Notes: generated by a model not told the origin, from the sequence alone. A stretch of 64,000 nucleotides of DNA from Longimicrobiales bacterium (GCA_965237885.1 CBDEGN010000001.1:71527-135526); one strand, 5' to 3'. Positions 8,046-19,400 are shown, counted from the first letter of the stretch. Numbers and translations: made by a program.

Positions 8046-9605
8046 CTATCTGCGGCTGGCCGGTGTCCCGTACGGATAGAACTCGCTCAGGTCCACGTTC
8101 TCGTAGGGGAGCGCATCCAGGAAGGTCGTGCCCACGAAGGGCTCCGGCGCCTGCACCAACACGATCGTGGGCGCGTAACCGGTCTCGTCGAAGCCGCGGC
8201 GGAAGTGCACGCGTGACTTGACGACGAACACCTCGTAGTCGTCGGGGTCGATATCGCCGTACCGGAAGGCGTCGGGGTAGAGCACCTGTTCGTATGCCGG
8301 GGTGAGGAAGACCAGGTTGCCGTCGCCGAACGAGACCGCGGCGATCAGGTCGTAGCTGAAGCCCTCACCGATGTAGGCGATGGTGCCGGTGATCCGCCGC
8401 GGCGCGCCTCCCGAGGGCGTGAATCCGCCGATCTCCATGTCGAAGGCGTCGCCGGAGGTTGCTCCGGACGCCGCCAGCGCTTCCAGGGCGTCGGGGGAGG
8501 TGATCGTTCCGTAGAGCACCTTGCCGATCCCGGCCGACTCGAAGGCGTTCAGAATGTGGGTCGCGTCGCCGGGACGGTCGCTGTAGTCGCCCACCGCCAC
8601 CGCCACCTCCCCGCGCGCAACCGCCTCCGCCACGGTCACCGCCGCCTCGTCGGGCCCGGGGTAGCCGCCCACGGCGAACTCCTCCCGCACCCGCCACATG
8701 AATTCCTCCATGTCGCCGGCGATCTCGTCCGCCAGCGCCTGGTCGCCGTTGGTCATGACGTGTACGGTGGCGCCCACGTCGGGCACGTCCGACCAGGGGA
8801 ACCCGTAGAACACGCTCACGTAGGCGTCGTCCTCGCGCGACTCCCAGCGCCGGGCCCGCTCCATGATGTCCATCGAGGGCGACTGGCCGGTCCACTGCAG
8901 GACGGTCGCGGTGATGATCCCCGGTCTGCGGGTCGCGGTCGTGGACCGGTACTCGTCGCGGGCCGCCAGCCGCAGCGCCCGCGCCGCGCGCTCGCCTTGG
9001 ATATAGGCGTCGTAGTGGGGAAAGCGCTTGGTGACGAAGGCGAAGTCGGCGTGCTCCAGGAACTCGCCGTCCTCGTTGCCGTGCAGGTCGAACGTCCCGG
9101 CGATGGGCACCCCGGGGCCGACCACCTCGCGGAAGCGCCGCGCGATCTCCGCCTCGGGGCGGGGCACGTCCCGCACCGCCATGGCGCCATGCAGTGCGAG
9201 GTAGACCGCGTCGACGGGCAGCTGTTCCCGCAACTCGGCAAGCATGGCGTCCATGAAGTGGTCGAAGGTCTCCTTCGTGTTCCAGCTCCGGGACGATCCG
9301 CCGAAGACTCCGACCGGCGAGGTCAGCGGCACCAGCTCGACGTCCCCGAATTCGCGCGCCCTCTTCGTGAAGCCGCCGACGTAGTCCCCCGACGCCAGCA
9401 GCGCCTCCCCCGAGAGCGGCTCGCTGTAGCGCAGCCAGTCCTCGACTTCGGTGTCGCCGCCCGGGCAGAAGGTGCAGGTCTCATGCTGGAAGGCCGCGAC
9501 GGCGAAGCGCAGACGCTCCGTCTCCCCGGGCGCCTCGGCGCAGGAGGACAGCAGGACGGCCGCGGCGGCCAGCAGCGAGGCGGCGGCGGGAGAAGCCGGG
9601 CTCAT
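8046..9605 (-). CDS. M81 family metallopeptidase (MlrC-like), lipoprotein
   Basis: 519 aa. The N-terminus after a lipobox (LLSSC) reads RFAVAAFQHETCTFCP, the hallmark start of the MlrC N-domain. Length and C-domain are consistent. Confidence 0.7.
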   Translation of the reverse strand: MSPASPAAASLLAAAAVLLSSCAEAPGETERLRFAVAAFQHETCTFCPGGDTEVEDWLRYSEPLSGEALLASGDYVGGFTKRAREFGDVELVPLTSPVGVFGGSSRSWNTKETFDHFMDAMLAELREQLPVDAVYLALHGAMAVRDVPRPEAEIARRFREVVGPGVPIAGTFDLHGNEDGEFLEHADFAFVTKRFPHYDAYIQGERAARALRLAARDEYRSTTATRRPGIITATVLQWTGQSPSMDIMERARRWESREDDAYVSVFYGFPWSDVPDVGATVHVMTNGDQALADEIAGDMEEFMWRVREEFAVGGYPGPDEAAVTVAEAVARGEVAVAVGDYSDRPGDATHILNAFESAGIGKVLYGTITSPDALEALAASGATSGDAFDMEIGGFTPSGGAPRRITGTIAYIGEGFSYDLIAAVSFGDGNLVFLTPAYEQVLYPDAFRYGDIDPDDYEVFVVKSRVHFRRGFDETGYAPTIVLVQAPEPFVGTTFLDALPYENVDLSEFYPYGTPASRR

Positions 9606-9618
9606 GGCGCCGCGTCGC

Positions 9619-10200
9619 CTAGCTGAAGAACGGATTCTCCCCGGCCTGATGGTCGGTGACGTCGTGGATTGCCGTCACCTCCGGGATGGACTGGTGGATC
9701 ATCTTTTCCACGCCCTGACGCAGGGTGAGCCGCGACATGGCACATCCCTGGCACCCGCCCATCATCTCGAGATAGATCTCGGTGTCCTGTACGCCGGCGA
9801 GGCGAATTTCCCCCCCGTGGGCCGCGATGGAAGGGTTCACCTGACGATTCAGAAGCTCGGTGACCCGGTCGGCCAGCGGACCGGAGGGCGCCGTCGAGTC
9901 ACGCCCGTCCGCTTCCGGAACGGTCTTCACCTCGAAGCCGCTCTGGTTCAGCTGGTCCACGAAGTCGACCGTGGCTCCTTTCAGCCGGGGGGCGCTGGCG
10001 CTGTCGACCAACACTGTGAATCCGTCTCCGTCCAGCGTCACATCGTCGTCGCCGCTGTCAGCGGTTCCGACCAGCGTCAGCTCGAAGTGAGGCGAGAAGG
10101 GGCTTCCTTCCATCTTTACGCGCAGGGCCTGCTCTCCGTCGGGATCGTCTCCCATGAAGGAAAGCACCATTTCGCGGGCTTTGTCCGTGAAGGTCAGCAT
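9619..10200 (-). CDS. NfuA-like Fe-S cluster carrier (degenerate HesB/IscA-like N-domain + Nfu C-domain)
   Basis: 193 aa from ATG at 10200. The C-terminal NifU-type region reads VNPSIAAHGGEIRLAGV...YLEMMGGCQGCAMS, with the CxxC motif. Confidence 0.8.
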   Translation of the reverse strand: MLTFTDKAREMVLSFMGDDPDGEQALRVKMEGSPFSPHFELTLVGTADSGDDDVTLDGDGFTVLVDSASAPRLKGATVDFVDQLNQSGFEVKTVPEADGRDSTAPSGPLADRVTELLNRQVNPSIAAHGGEIRLAGVQDTEIYLEMMGGCQGCAMSRLTLRQGVEKMIHQSIPEVTAIHDVTDHQAGENPFFS

Positions 10201-10479
10201 CGATTCGTCCTTGCGTGCAGGCCTCGCGGCCTTCGGGGTTCTTGTGCGTTCATGGACCGCTGGACGCGGGTTGTACGCGCATGCGCGTCGTGTCCCGCCC
10301 TCGTGCGGCCAACCAGAAAATATGGCCCGGTGCCACCTGGAAGCAACAGCCCGTCGGTTGCTGGCGAGCCATGCCTTGCCGATATTCCCGCCCGGTCGGG
10401 GCGCGTTTCTGGGCGGATTCCGGACCGGGCCACAGCGCAAGACTCGCGGATAGCGTGATTCAACAAGGTGCAAGTTGTT

Positions 10480-11817
10480 ATGCCCGAGCTAGATAGTATG
10501 GACAAACTCGTCTCGCTCACCAAGCGGCGCGGGTACGTGTTCCAGTCTTCGGAGATCTACGGCGGCACCGGATCGGTGTGGGACTACGGGCCGCTGGGTG
10601 TCGAACTCAAGCGCAACGTGAAGGAAGCCTGGTGGAGCGCGATGGTGCACCAGCGCGACGACGTCGAGGGGGTCGACGCGGCCATCCTCATGCATCCGCG
10701 CGTGTGGGAGGCCTCGGGCCACGTCGACGGCTTCACCGATCCGCTAGTCGAGTGCAAGATGTGCAAGAAGCGCTATCGCGCCGACGCCATGGAGGGTGCC
10801 CGCTGCGGCAGGAAGCCGAGCAAGGCGCCTGGCGACTTCAAGGCCTGCGAACTCGGGGAGCCGAGGCTCTTCAACCTCATGTTCAAGACCTTCATGGGAC
10901 CGGTGGAGGAGGCCGCCGCCACCGTCTATCTGCGTCCCGAGACGGCGCAGGGCTCGTACGTCAACTTCCTCAACGTGCAGACGACCGCGCGCCAGAGGAT
11001 CCCCTTCGGCGTGGCCCAGATCGGCAAGGCGTTCCGCAACGAGATTACGCCGGGGAACTTCATCTTCCGAACGCGCGAGTTCGAGCAGGCCGAGATGCAG
11101 TTCTTCGTGACGCCCGGGAGCGACGAGGACTGGTTCGAGCACTGGCGCGAGGCGCGCATGCAGTTTCATCAGGAGACGCTCGGGATCCGGGCCGAATCGC
11201 TCCGCTTCAGCGAGCACGGGCCCGACGAGCTGGCGCACTACGCGAAGCGGGCCGTGGACATCCAGTACGAGTTTCCCATCGGCTGGAAGGAGCTGGAGGG
11301 CATCCACAACCGCACCGACTTCGACCTCTCGCGGCACCAGCAGTACTCGGGCAAGAAGATGCTCTACGTGGAGCCCGGGGGCGGGGGCCGGTACGTCCCC
11401 TACGTCATAGAGACCGCCGCGGGCGTGGACCGCATGCTCCTCATGGTTCTGTGCGACGCCTACCACGAGGAGCAGGTGGGGCGCGAGCGGCGCACGGTGC
11501 TCCGCATCCATCCGAGGCTGGCGCCGGTGAAGGCGGCGATCTTCCCGCTGATGCGCAAGGGCGGCCTGCCCGAGATCGCGACCCGGCTGAACGACGCCTT
11601 CAAGGCGGCGGCGCTCCCCAGCTTCTACGATGCCGCCGGATCCATCGGACGCCGCTATCGCCGGCAGGATGAGGCCGGCACGCCCTGGTGCGTGACCGTG
11701 GACGGCCAGACCGCCGAGGACGGGACGGTCACGGTGCGCGACCGCGACACCCTGGAGCAGGTGCGCGTGAACGCGGACGGCGTGATAGACTACCTGCGGG
11801 AGCGCCTGGCGCGCTGA
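10480..11817 (+). CDS. glyQS: Glycine--tRNA ligase (dimeric class II GlyQS type)
   Basis: MPELDSMDKLVSLTKRRGYVFQSSEIYGGTGSVWDYGPLGVELKRNVKEAWW is near-identical in pattern to bacterial alpha2 GlyRS N-termini. Class II motifs are present (FRNEITPGNFIFRTREFEQAEMQFF). Confidence 0.9.
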   Translation: MPELDSMDKLVSLTKRRGYVFQSSEIYGGTGSVWDYGPLGVELKRNVKEAWWSAMVHQRDDVEGVDAAILMHPRVWEASGHVDGFTDPLVECKMCKKRYRADAMEGARCGRKPSKAPGDFKACELGEPRLFNLMFKTFMGPVEEAAATVYLRPETAQGSYVNFLNVQTTARQRIPFGVAQIGKAFRNEITPGNFIFRTREFEQAEMQFFVTPGSDEDWFEHWREARMQFHQETLGIRAESLRFSEHGPDELAHYAKRAVDIQYEFPIGWKELEGIHNRTDFDLSRHQQYSGKKMLYVEPGGGGRYVPYVIETAAGVDRMLLMVLCDAYHEEQVGRERRTVLRIHPRLAPVKAAIFPLMRKGGLPEIATRLNDAFKAAALPSFYDAAGSIGRRYRRQDEAGTPWCVTVDGQTAEDGTVTVRDRDTLEQVRVNADGVIDYLRERLAR

Positions 11818-11882
11818 GCGCCGGGAATCCACACCATATCGGAGCGGGCGGAATCACCGCGGGGGTCACGGGAGGAACGCTG

Positions 11883-13340
11883 ATGACATCCAGGTCGGAA
11901 GTATTCACCTCGCGCTGGGGCATGCTGCTCGCGATGCTGGGCATGGCGGTCGGAACGGGAAACATCTGGCGCTTCCCGCGCGTCGCCGCCTCCAACGGCG
12001 GGGGCAACTTCCTGGTCGCCTGGGCGTGCTTCCTGCTCCTGTGGTCGATCCCGCTCCTCATCCTCGAGTTCGGGATGGGGAAGGCCGTGCGCAGGGGGCC
12101 GGTAGGAGCCTTCGCCAAGACCCTGGGGCCGAAGTTCGCCTGGATGGGCGCGTGGGTCGCCTGGGTAGCGACCGCGATCACCTTCTACTACAGCGTCGTG
12201 ATGGGATGGACGCTGCGCTTCCTGTGGGCGTCCATCACGCGCGAGATCCCGACGGAAGTGCCCGACGCCTTCTGGAATTCGTTCGCCGCCTCGCCCTCGG
12301 CGGTGATCACGCACGCCATCGCGCTGGCACTGGGGGTGTTCGTGGTGTCCAGGGGCGTGAAGGGCATCGAGACCGCCGCCCGCTTCCTGATTCCCAGCCT
12401 GATCGTGCTGGTGATCGTGCTGGCCATCCGGGCCGTGACGCTCCCGGGCGCCTCCGCTGGCCTCGCGTTCCTCTTCACCCCGAACTTCAGCGAGCTGGCC
12501 GACTACCGCATCTGGCTCGAGGCGCTGACCCAGAACGCGTGGGATACGGGTGCCGGATGGGGCTTGGTGCTCACGTACGCCATCTATATGAGAAAGCGGG
12601 AAGACACCGCGCTCAATGCCTTCGTGATCGGCTTCGGCAACAACTCCATGTCGTTGCTGGCGGGCATCATGGTGCTGTGCACGGTCTTCTCGGTGATGCC
12701 CGACGCGGCCAGCCAGATCGTCGGGGCGGGGAACGAGGGCATCACCTTCATCTGGGTGCCGCAGCTCTTCGCGCGCATGCCCGGCGGTCAGTTCTTCATG
12801 ATCCTCTTCTTCATGGCGCTGGTGTTTGCGGCGTGGACGAGCCTGGTGGCCATGATCGAGCTTGCAAGCCGCGTCCTGCGCGACGCCGGGGTCGCGCGCG
12901 GGCGCGCCGTGGGCATCGTCGGCATCGCGGCGCTGCTGTGCGGCGTCCCGAGCGCGCTCAACATGGACTTCTTCCACAACCAGGACTGGGTGTGGGGGGT
13001 GGGACTGATGCTCTCGGGCTTCTTCTTCGCCTTCGCGGTCTTGCGCTACGGCGTGACCGAGTGGCGCCAGAAGTTCATCAACACGGGCGATTCCGACATC
13101 CGCATCGGGGCTTGGTGGGACTGGGCGATTCGCCTCGTGATGGTGGAGGCGGTGGTGCTCATGGTGTGGTTCCTCTGGGGAGCGCGCGGCGAGAGCTTTG
13201 CCGAGACCTGGACTCTGTTCAGCCCCTACAACGTGGGGAGCGTGATCATCCAGGGGTCGGTGGTGATTGTCATCCTGTTGGCGCTGAACCGCCGGATCAC
13301 GCGTGCCACCCTGGGCGGGAGCGGCGGTCCCTCGGCGTAA
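11883..13340 (+). CDS. Sodium-dependent transporter, neurotransmitter:sodium symporter (NSS/SNF) family
   Basis: WGMLLAMLGMAVGTGNIWRFPRVAASNGGGNFLVAWACFLLLWSIPLLILEFGMGK is the canonical SNF N-terminal signature. The remainder is multi-TM. Confidence 0.9.
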   Translation: MTSRSEVFTSRWGMLLAMLGMAVGTGNIWRFPRVAASNGGGNFLVAWACFLLLWSIPLLILEFGMGKAVRRGPVGAFAKTLGPKFAWMGAWVAWVATAITFYYSVVMGWTLRFLWASITREIPTEVPDAFWNSFAASPSAVITHAIALALGVFVVSRGVKGIETAARFLIPSLIVLVIVLAIRAVTLPGASAGLAFLFTPNFSELADYRIWLEALTQNAWDTGAGWGLVLTYAIYMRKREDTALNAFVIGFGNNSMSLLAGIMVLCTVFSVMPDAASQIVGAGNEGITFIWVPQLFARMPGGQFFMILFFMALVFAAWTSLVAMIELASRVLRDAGVARGRAVGIVGIAALLCGVPSALNMDFFHNQDWVWGVGLMLSGFFFAFAVLRYGVTEWRQKFINTGDSDIRIGAWWDWAIRLVMVEAVVLMVWFLWGARGESFAETWTLFSPYNVGSVIIQGSVVIVILLALNRRITRATLGGSGGPSA

Positions 13341-13342
13341 GG

Positions 13343-14122
13343 ATGATCTTTCGCCAGTTCGAACGGGCCGCCAGGCGCGCGTTCCGCGAGATCCCCGAGG
13401 AGTACCGCAGCGGAGTGGACGGGCTTTCGGTCCGCCGCGAGGCGCTTCCGCATCCGGTCTTCCCCGACATCTACACGTTGGGGATGTGCTCGACGGAGTC
13501 CTACCCGTCGGACTGGCAGGGACCGGAGACGACCCGCTCGGTCGTCGCGCTCTATCACGGTTCGTTTCGCGAGCTGGCCCGGCTCGACCCCGGCTTCGAC
13601 TGGGACGGCGAACTGTGGGAGACGCTCACCCACGAGCTTCGCCACCACCTCGAGTCGCTGGCGGATCAGGACGGGCTGGGGGGCGTCGACTACGCCATGG
13701 AGGAGTCGTTCAAGCGGAGCGAAGGGCTCGATTTCGATCCCTGCTACTATCAGTCGGGCGACGAGATCGCGCAGGGTGTCTTCCGGGTCGAGACCGATTT
13801 CTATGTCGAGCACGCCTGGACGGAGGAGGGGCTGGCCCGGGCCGGGGAGGTGCGCTTCCAGTGGCGAGGGGAGGCGTTTCGCATCGAGGCGCCCGAGCGC
13901 CTCGGGGACGTGCATTTCATCTGGATCGATGGAGTCGACACCGGACCGGGCGAGCTTCAGCTCGTGCTGGTGCGCAAGCGCAAGTGGTGGGAGGCCTTCC
14001 TGAACCGGCCCGCGCGGGAACTCTGGGAATCGGAGGCGCTGGCGCGTCGGGTTGAAGGCGCTCCGACATCCGGCCAGGACGACGTACCATCGGGGTCCGG
14101 CGGGAGAGGCGATCCATCATGA
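13343..14122 (+). CDS. Putative zincin-like metallopeptidase-fold protein (HExxH)
   Basis: 259-aa ORF with good GC3 bias and a single HExxH (THELRHHLE). The family assignment is tentative. Confidence 0.45.
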   Translation: MIFRQFERAARRAFREIPEEYRSGVDGLSVRREALPHPVFPDIYTLGMCSTESYPSDWQGPETTRSVVALYHGSFRELARLDPGFDWDGELWETLTHELRHHLESLADQDGLGGVDYAMEESFKRSEGLDFDPCYYQSGDEIAQGVFRVETDFYVEHAWTEEGLARAGEVRFQWRGEAFRIEAPERLGDVHFIWIDGVDTGPGELQLVLVRKRKWWEAFLNRPARELWESEALARRVEGAPTSGQDDVPSGSGGRGDPS

Positions 14123-14958
14123 GGATTCACGACCGCTACGCTCGGGTCACGCCGTACGAGGTCGCCGTTCCGGGGCGGGCGTTTGCGGAGGAGCGCTTCG
14201 CGTTGATCCAGGAGGAGGCGGCCCAGCGCGGTGCCGACATCTGGGATCCCGGCGCGTTCACCATGCTCGGTCAGGCGGGAGAGGCGGTGCGTGACATTCG
14301 CGGCGAAGACGAAGATCCCGTCCTCTTCGTTCAGCACGGGGTCATCCTGTTCCATGCGTTCCATTTCTGGAGCGCCGGCGAGCCCCTGTATCTGCTGAGG
14401 ACCGAGGCGGCTCAACAGCTGGTACGCGCCGGGATGCTCGACGGACCGGCCGACTGGGCCTTCGCGGCGCCGTCCCGAGCCGGGTACCTGCAGCTCCCCC
14501 ATCACCTCTTCTGGGCGAGGCCCGAGGCGGACGGCCCGGCGGAGCCGCTCGACGGCTTCTTCTGGACGCTCGCGCCCGCGGATCGTCTGCATCTCATGGT
14601 CGCGAGCGGGATGCGTGCCGACCGCCCCGGATTCGGCGTGATGCCGGTTCCGGGAGTTTCCGGCGAGGAAGCCGCCCGCTGGGCCGCGGGAACGGTGCGC
14701 GAGCAGGGCGAAGACTTTGCGAGTACCTTGCCCGGCGGCGAAGAGCTGTGCTCGGTCGAGACGCTCGGGGAGGTGGTGAAGCTCGCCAGCCGCCTCTTCT
14801 GGCAGCTCGAACAGGGGTTGCTGCAAGCCGGAGCCCCACTGCCCGGCGATCCGGCCGGCTCCCGGCCGGGGCAGGGGACACGAGCCAGCGGGCCGGGCAG
14901 CGACCCCCTCGCCAGCACCTTGTCCTACCGGCCGGTCGCACCAGCGGAGGCGCCATGA
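14119..14958 (+). CDS. Hypothetical protein
   Basis: 279-aa ORF, ATGA-coupled at both ends (to the upstream gene at 14119-14122 and to nth at 14955-14958). No recognisable motifs. Confidence 0.5.
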   Translation: MRIHDRYARVTPYEVAVPGRAFAEERFALIQEEAAQRGADIWDPGAFTMLGQAGEAVRDIRGEDEDPVLFVQHGVILFHAFHFWSAGEPLYLLRTEAAQQLVRAGMLDGPADWAFAAPSRAGYLQLPHHLFWARPEADGPAEPLDGFFWTLAPADRLHLMVASGMRADRPGFGVMPVPGVSGEEAARWAAGTVREQGEDFASTLPGGEELCSVETLGEVVKLASRLFWQLEQGLLQAGAPLPGDPAGSRPGQGTRASGPGSDPLASTLSYRPVAPAEAP

Positions 14959-15602
14959 GGGAATCGGCGAAGGCGCGCAGGGAGCGAGCCGCCAGGATCT
15001 ATGAACTGCTCGTCGAATGCTATCCCGCGGCCCACTGCGCGCTGCATCACCGCAACCCCTACGAGCTGGCGGTCGCCACCATCCTCTCCGCCCAGTGCAC
15101 CGACGAGCGCGTGAACAAGGTCACGCCGGCCCTCTTCGAGCGATATCCGGAGGCGGAGGATCTGGCCGGGGCGCGCCAGAGCGACGTCGAGGAACTCATC
15201 CACTCCACCGGCTTCTTCCGCAACAAGGCCAGGAATCTGATCGGCATGGCGACGGCGGTTACGGAGAAGCACGGCAACGAGCTGCCGCGCACGATGAAGG
15301 AGCTGGTTGCGCTGCCGGGGATCGGCCGCAAGACCGCCAACGTCATCCTCGGAAACGCCTTCGGCCTCGATGAGGGCGTCGTGGTGGATACCCACATCAA
15401 GCGCCTCTCCGGACGCATGGCTTTCACCCGCTATCCCGATCCCATCCGCATCGAGCGCGACCTGATGAAGCTCTTCCCGCGCGAAAGCTGGACACTGCTG
15501 GCCCATCTCCTGATCTTCCACGGGCGCCAGGTGTGCGCGGCCCGCAAGCCTCGCTGCGAGGAATGCGCGATGTCGCGTCTTTGCCCGTCTTCGAGCGTTT
15601 GA
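14955..15602 (+). CDS. nth: Endonuclease III
   Basis: NPYELAVATILSAQCTDERVNKVTPALF, the HhH-GPD motif LPGIGRKTANVILGNAFG, and the C-terminal 4Fe-4S cluster CAARKPRCEECAMSRLC. Confidence 0.9.
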   Translation: MRESAKARRERAARIYELLVECYPAAHCALHHRNPYELAVATILSAQCTDERVNKVTPALFERYPEAEDLAGARQSDVEELIHSTGFFRNKARNLIGMATAVTEKHGNELPRTMKELVALPGIGRKTANVILGNAFGLDEGVVVDTHIKRLSGRMAFTRYPDPIRIERDLMKLFPRESWTLLAHLLIFHGRQVCAARKPRCEECAMSRLCPSSSV

Positions 15603-15621
15603 ACCCACCCAGCCAAGGACG

Positions 15622-16215
15622 ATGCCCATGCCCAGCCGCCAGGACGCGGTAGCTCTGCTGCACGAGTGGGTCGACAACGAAGGGCTGAGGAAGCACATGT
15701 ACGCGGTCGAGGCCGCCGTGCGCTTCTACGCCCGCAAGCTCGGCGGGGATGAGGAAACGTGGGGCCTCGCCGGCCTCCTGCACGACCTGGACTGGGAGAA
15801 ATACCCGGAGGAGCACCCGCACCGTGGTGTCGCCCGCCTGCGTGAGGACGGCTATTCGGAAGAGGTGATTCGCGCCGTGCTCGCGCACGGATACCCGGAT
15901 CTCACCGACGTCCCCCCGGAGACCGACCTCGACAAGGTCCTTTGCGCCTGCGACGAGCTGAGCGGCCTCGTCTATGCCTGTTGCCTGGTTCGCCCCAACG
16001 GCATCGACGACCTCAAGCCCAGGTCGGTGGCCAAGAAGCTGAAAGACAAGTCGTTCGCTGCGGGCGTTCACCGCGACGAGGTGGCGCGCGGGGTCGAACT
16101 CATCGGGATCCCCCGTCCCGATCACATCCAGAACGTGATCGACGGGCTGAAGACGGCCGCGGACGTGCTGGAGATTCGTGGGGAGGACCTGGCGGCGCGG
16201 AGGAAAGCCAACTGA
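15622..16215 (+). CDS. HD-domain metal-dependent phosphohydrolase
   Basis: KHMYAVEAAVRFYA...AGLLHDLD supplies the H...HD signature. 197 aa. Confidence 0.7.
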   Translation: MPMPSRQDAVALLHEWVDNEGLRKHMYAVEAAVRFYARKLGGDEETWGLAGLLHDLDWEKYPEEHPHRGVARLREDGYSEEVIRAVLAHGYPDLTDVPPETDLDKVLCACDELSGLVYACCLVRPNGIDDLKPRSVAKKLKDKSFAAGVHRDEVARGVELIGIPRPDHIQNVIDGLKTAADVLEIRGEDLAARRKAN

Positions 16216-16351
16216 TCCGGGCCGCGCGGGGCCGGCTGAACCCAGGGGCGCGGAGCGAACCGGGCCCCGCCGGGTTGATTCCGCCAGAGCGGGCGGTCAC
16301 TTTACAACGACCCGATCTCACCACCCGTACCCCATCGATGGAGCCCACTCT

Positions 16352-16474
16352 TTGACGACGGCTACCTGGGTCACCATGATCGTGATCACCGCGTTTGTTT
16401 GGGGCGGCTTTGCCTTGGTTCTCACCAAGGCCGTGCGCACGGAATCGGAGAAGTCAGAAGCCGAACGTGCCTAA
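16352..16474 (+). CDS. Possible MetS-like small single-TM protein (micro-ORF)
   Basis: TTG at 16352 (or ATG at 16376) to TAA at 16472-16474: (M)[39 protein letters not shown]. It has one TM helix with a WGG motif and a basic/acidic tail, like NSS small subunits. It overlaps the carB GTG by 8 nt. Confidence 0.3.
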   Translation: MTTATWVTMIVITAFVWGGFALVLTKAVRTESEKSEAERA

Positions 16475-19400
16475 AAGGACCGACCTCGAAAACATCCTCA
16501 TCCTGGGATCCGGGCCGATCATCATCGGTCAGGCCTGCGAGTTCGACTACTCCGGAACGCAGGCGGTTCGCGCCCTGAAGGAAGAGGGCTACCGGGTCGT
16601 GCTGGTCAATTCCAATCCGGCGACCATCATGACCGATCCGGAGCTGGCCGACCGCACCTACATCGAACCTCTCACCCTCGAATGGGTGGAACGCGTGATC
16701 GCGCGCGAACGCCCGGACGCGCTGCTTCCCACCATGGGCGGGCAGACCGCCGTCAACCTCGCCGTGGAGCTGGCACAGGCCGGGGTCCTGGAGCGCTACG
16801 GTGTCGAGCTGATCGGGGCCAACGCCCGCTCCATCGCCATGTGCGAGGACCGGGAGGAGTTCACCCGGGCCATGCAGCGCATCGGGCTGGAGGTGCCCGC
16901 CGGCGGCGTCGCGAGCTCGCTGGCCGAGGCCCGCGAGCTGGTGCGCGATACAGGCTATCCGGCCATCATCCGGCCCAGCTTCACCCTTGGCGGCACCGGG
17001 GGCGGCATCGCCTACAACGCGGAGGAGTTCGAGGGCCTGGTGCGCCGCGGACTGGACGCCTCGCCCATCACCCAGGTGCTCATCGACCGCAGCGTGATCG
17101 GCTGGAAGGAATACGAGCTGGAGGTGGTGCGCGACGGCTCCGACAACGTGATCGTGGTGTGCTCGATCGAGAACTTCGACCCGATGGGCATCCACACCGG
17201 CGATTCCATCACGGTGGCGCCCGCCCAGACCCTGACCGACGTCGAATACCAGACGATGCGCGACGCGGCCATCGCCGTGATCCGCGAAATCGGGGTCGAA
17301 GCCGGGGGATGCAACGTCCAGTTCGCGGTCAATCCGGAGGACGGCCAACTACTCGTGGTGGAGATGAATCCGCGGGTTTCGCGCTCCTCCGCGCTCGCGT
17401 CCAAGGCGACCGGTTTCCCCATCGCGCGCGTGGGGGCCAAGCTGGCGGTGGGCTTTCTCCTTTCGGAGCTCCCCAACGACATCACGCGGACCACGCCTGC
17501 GTCCTTCGAACCGGTTCTGGACTACGTCGTGGCGAAGTTTCCGCGCTTCGCCTTCGAGAAGTTCCCGGAGACCGACGGCGTGCTTGGCGTCCAGATGCAG
17601 GCGGTGGGCGAAACCATGGCTATCGGGCGCACCTTCCGCTCCGCGTGGCAGAAGGGGCTGCGCGGCCTCGAGGTCGGCCGTCCCGGGTGGACGACCGGCA
17701 AGTCCCTGTCCGACGACGGGCTCGAGAGCGAGGATCGCGACCGCCTGCTGGCGGCGCTGCGCATCCCCACGGCGGAGCGCCCCTTCCAGCTGAAACGGGC
17801 GCTCGAGGCGGTGCTGCATGGCGGGGGAGAGGCGCCGCTGACGCTCGCAGACGTCTATGAAGCCACCGGTATCGACCCCTGGTTCCTCGACCAGCTGATG
17901 CAGGTGATCGAAGACGAGCAGGAGTATGCCACCGTCTCCGACGTGACGCCGGCGCACCTGCGCGCCATGAAGCGCGACGGCTTCTCGGACCGGCAGTTGG
18001 CCCGGCTCCGCTCCGAGACGGAAGCCGAGGTGCGCGCCCGCCGCCATGCGTGGGACATCCGGCCCACCTACAACGTGGTGGATACCTGCGCGGGGGAGTT
18101 CCCGGCCGCCACGCCCTACTACTATTCGTCCTACGAGGACGAGGATGAATCCAACCCCTCGGACCGCGACAAGATACTGATCCTGGGGAGTGGCCCGAAC
18201 CGCATCGGGCAGGGCATCGAGTTCGACTACTGCTGCGTTCAGGCCGTGTTCGCGCTGCGCGAGGCCGGGTTCGAGACCATCATGGTCAACTCCAATCCGG
18301 AAACCGTCTCCACCGACTTCGACGTCTCCGACAAGCTCTATTTCGAGCCGCTGACCCTGGAGGACGTCCTGGAAATCGTCGAGCGCGAGAAGCCGAAGGG
18401 CGTCGTGGTGCAGCTTGGCGGGCAGACCCCGCTCGCGCTGGCGCAGGGGCTGGAGGAAGCCGGGGCCCCCATCCTGGGCACCTCGGTGGACGCCATCGAC
18501 CGGGCCGAGAATCGCGAGCGCTTCGAGCGCCTGTGCCGGAGGATCGGCGCCGCCGTGCCGCCCAACGGGGTGGCCACCAGCGTCGAGGAAGCTGTGGAGG
18601 TCGGGCGTCGGGTGGGGTATCCGGTGCTTGTCCGGCCGAGCTACGTGCTGGGCGGGCGGGCCATGCAGATCGCCTATGACGAGGCTGCGCTGCGAGGCTA
18701 CTTCGGCCGGGCGATAGCGGCCGCGCCCGAGCACCCCGTCCTGATCGATCGCTTTCTGGAGGATGCCTTCGAGGCGGATGTCGACGCCCTGTGCGACGGC
18801 ACCGATGTCGTGATCGGCGGCATCATGCAGCACATCGAGGAGGCGGGCATCCACTCCGGGGACTCCGCGTGCGTCCTGCCTCCCTACCTGCTGACGGGCG
18901 CCGAACTCGACGAGATGCGTGAACTCACCCGGCGCTTCGCGCTCGAGCTGGGCGTGGTCGGGGTCATGAACGTGCAGTACGCGATCCGCGACGGCAGGGT
19001 CTACGTGCTGGAAGTGAACCCGCGCGCCTCCCGCACGGTGCCGTTCGTGGGGAAGGCGACCGGAGTCCCCCTGGCGCGCCTGGCCGCCCGCGTGATGGCG
19101 GGCGAACGGCTGGCCGACCTGGATGTGCCGGAGCAGCCCGCCGTGCCCGGCGTTGCGGTGAAGGAGGCGGTGTTCCCCTTCAACCGCTTTGACGTCGACA
19201 TCCTGCTCGGTCCCGAGATGCGCTCGACCGGCGAGGTCATGGGGTTCGACGACTCTTTCGGCATGGCCTTCGCCAAGGCCCAGACCTCCGCCGGGAATCA
19301 CCTGCCTGAGGGCGGCGGCACGCTGATCATCACCGTCAATGACGCCGACAAATCGACGGTCACCCCCCTCGCGCGCCGCTTCCACGACCTGGGATTCCGC

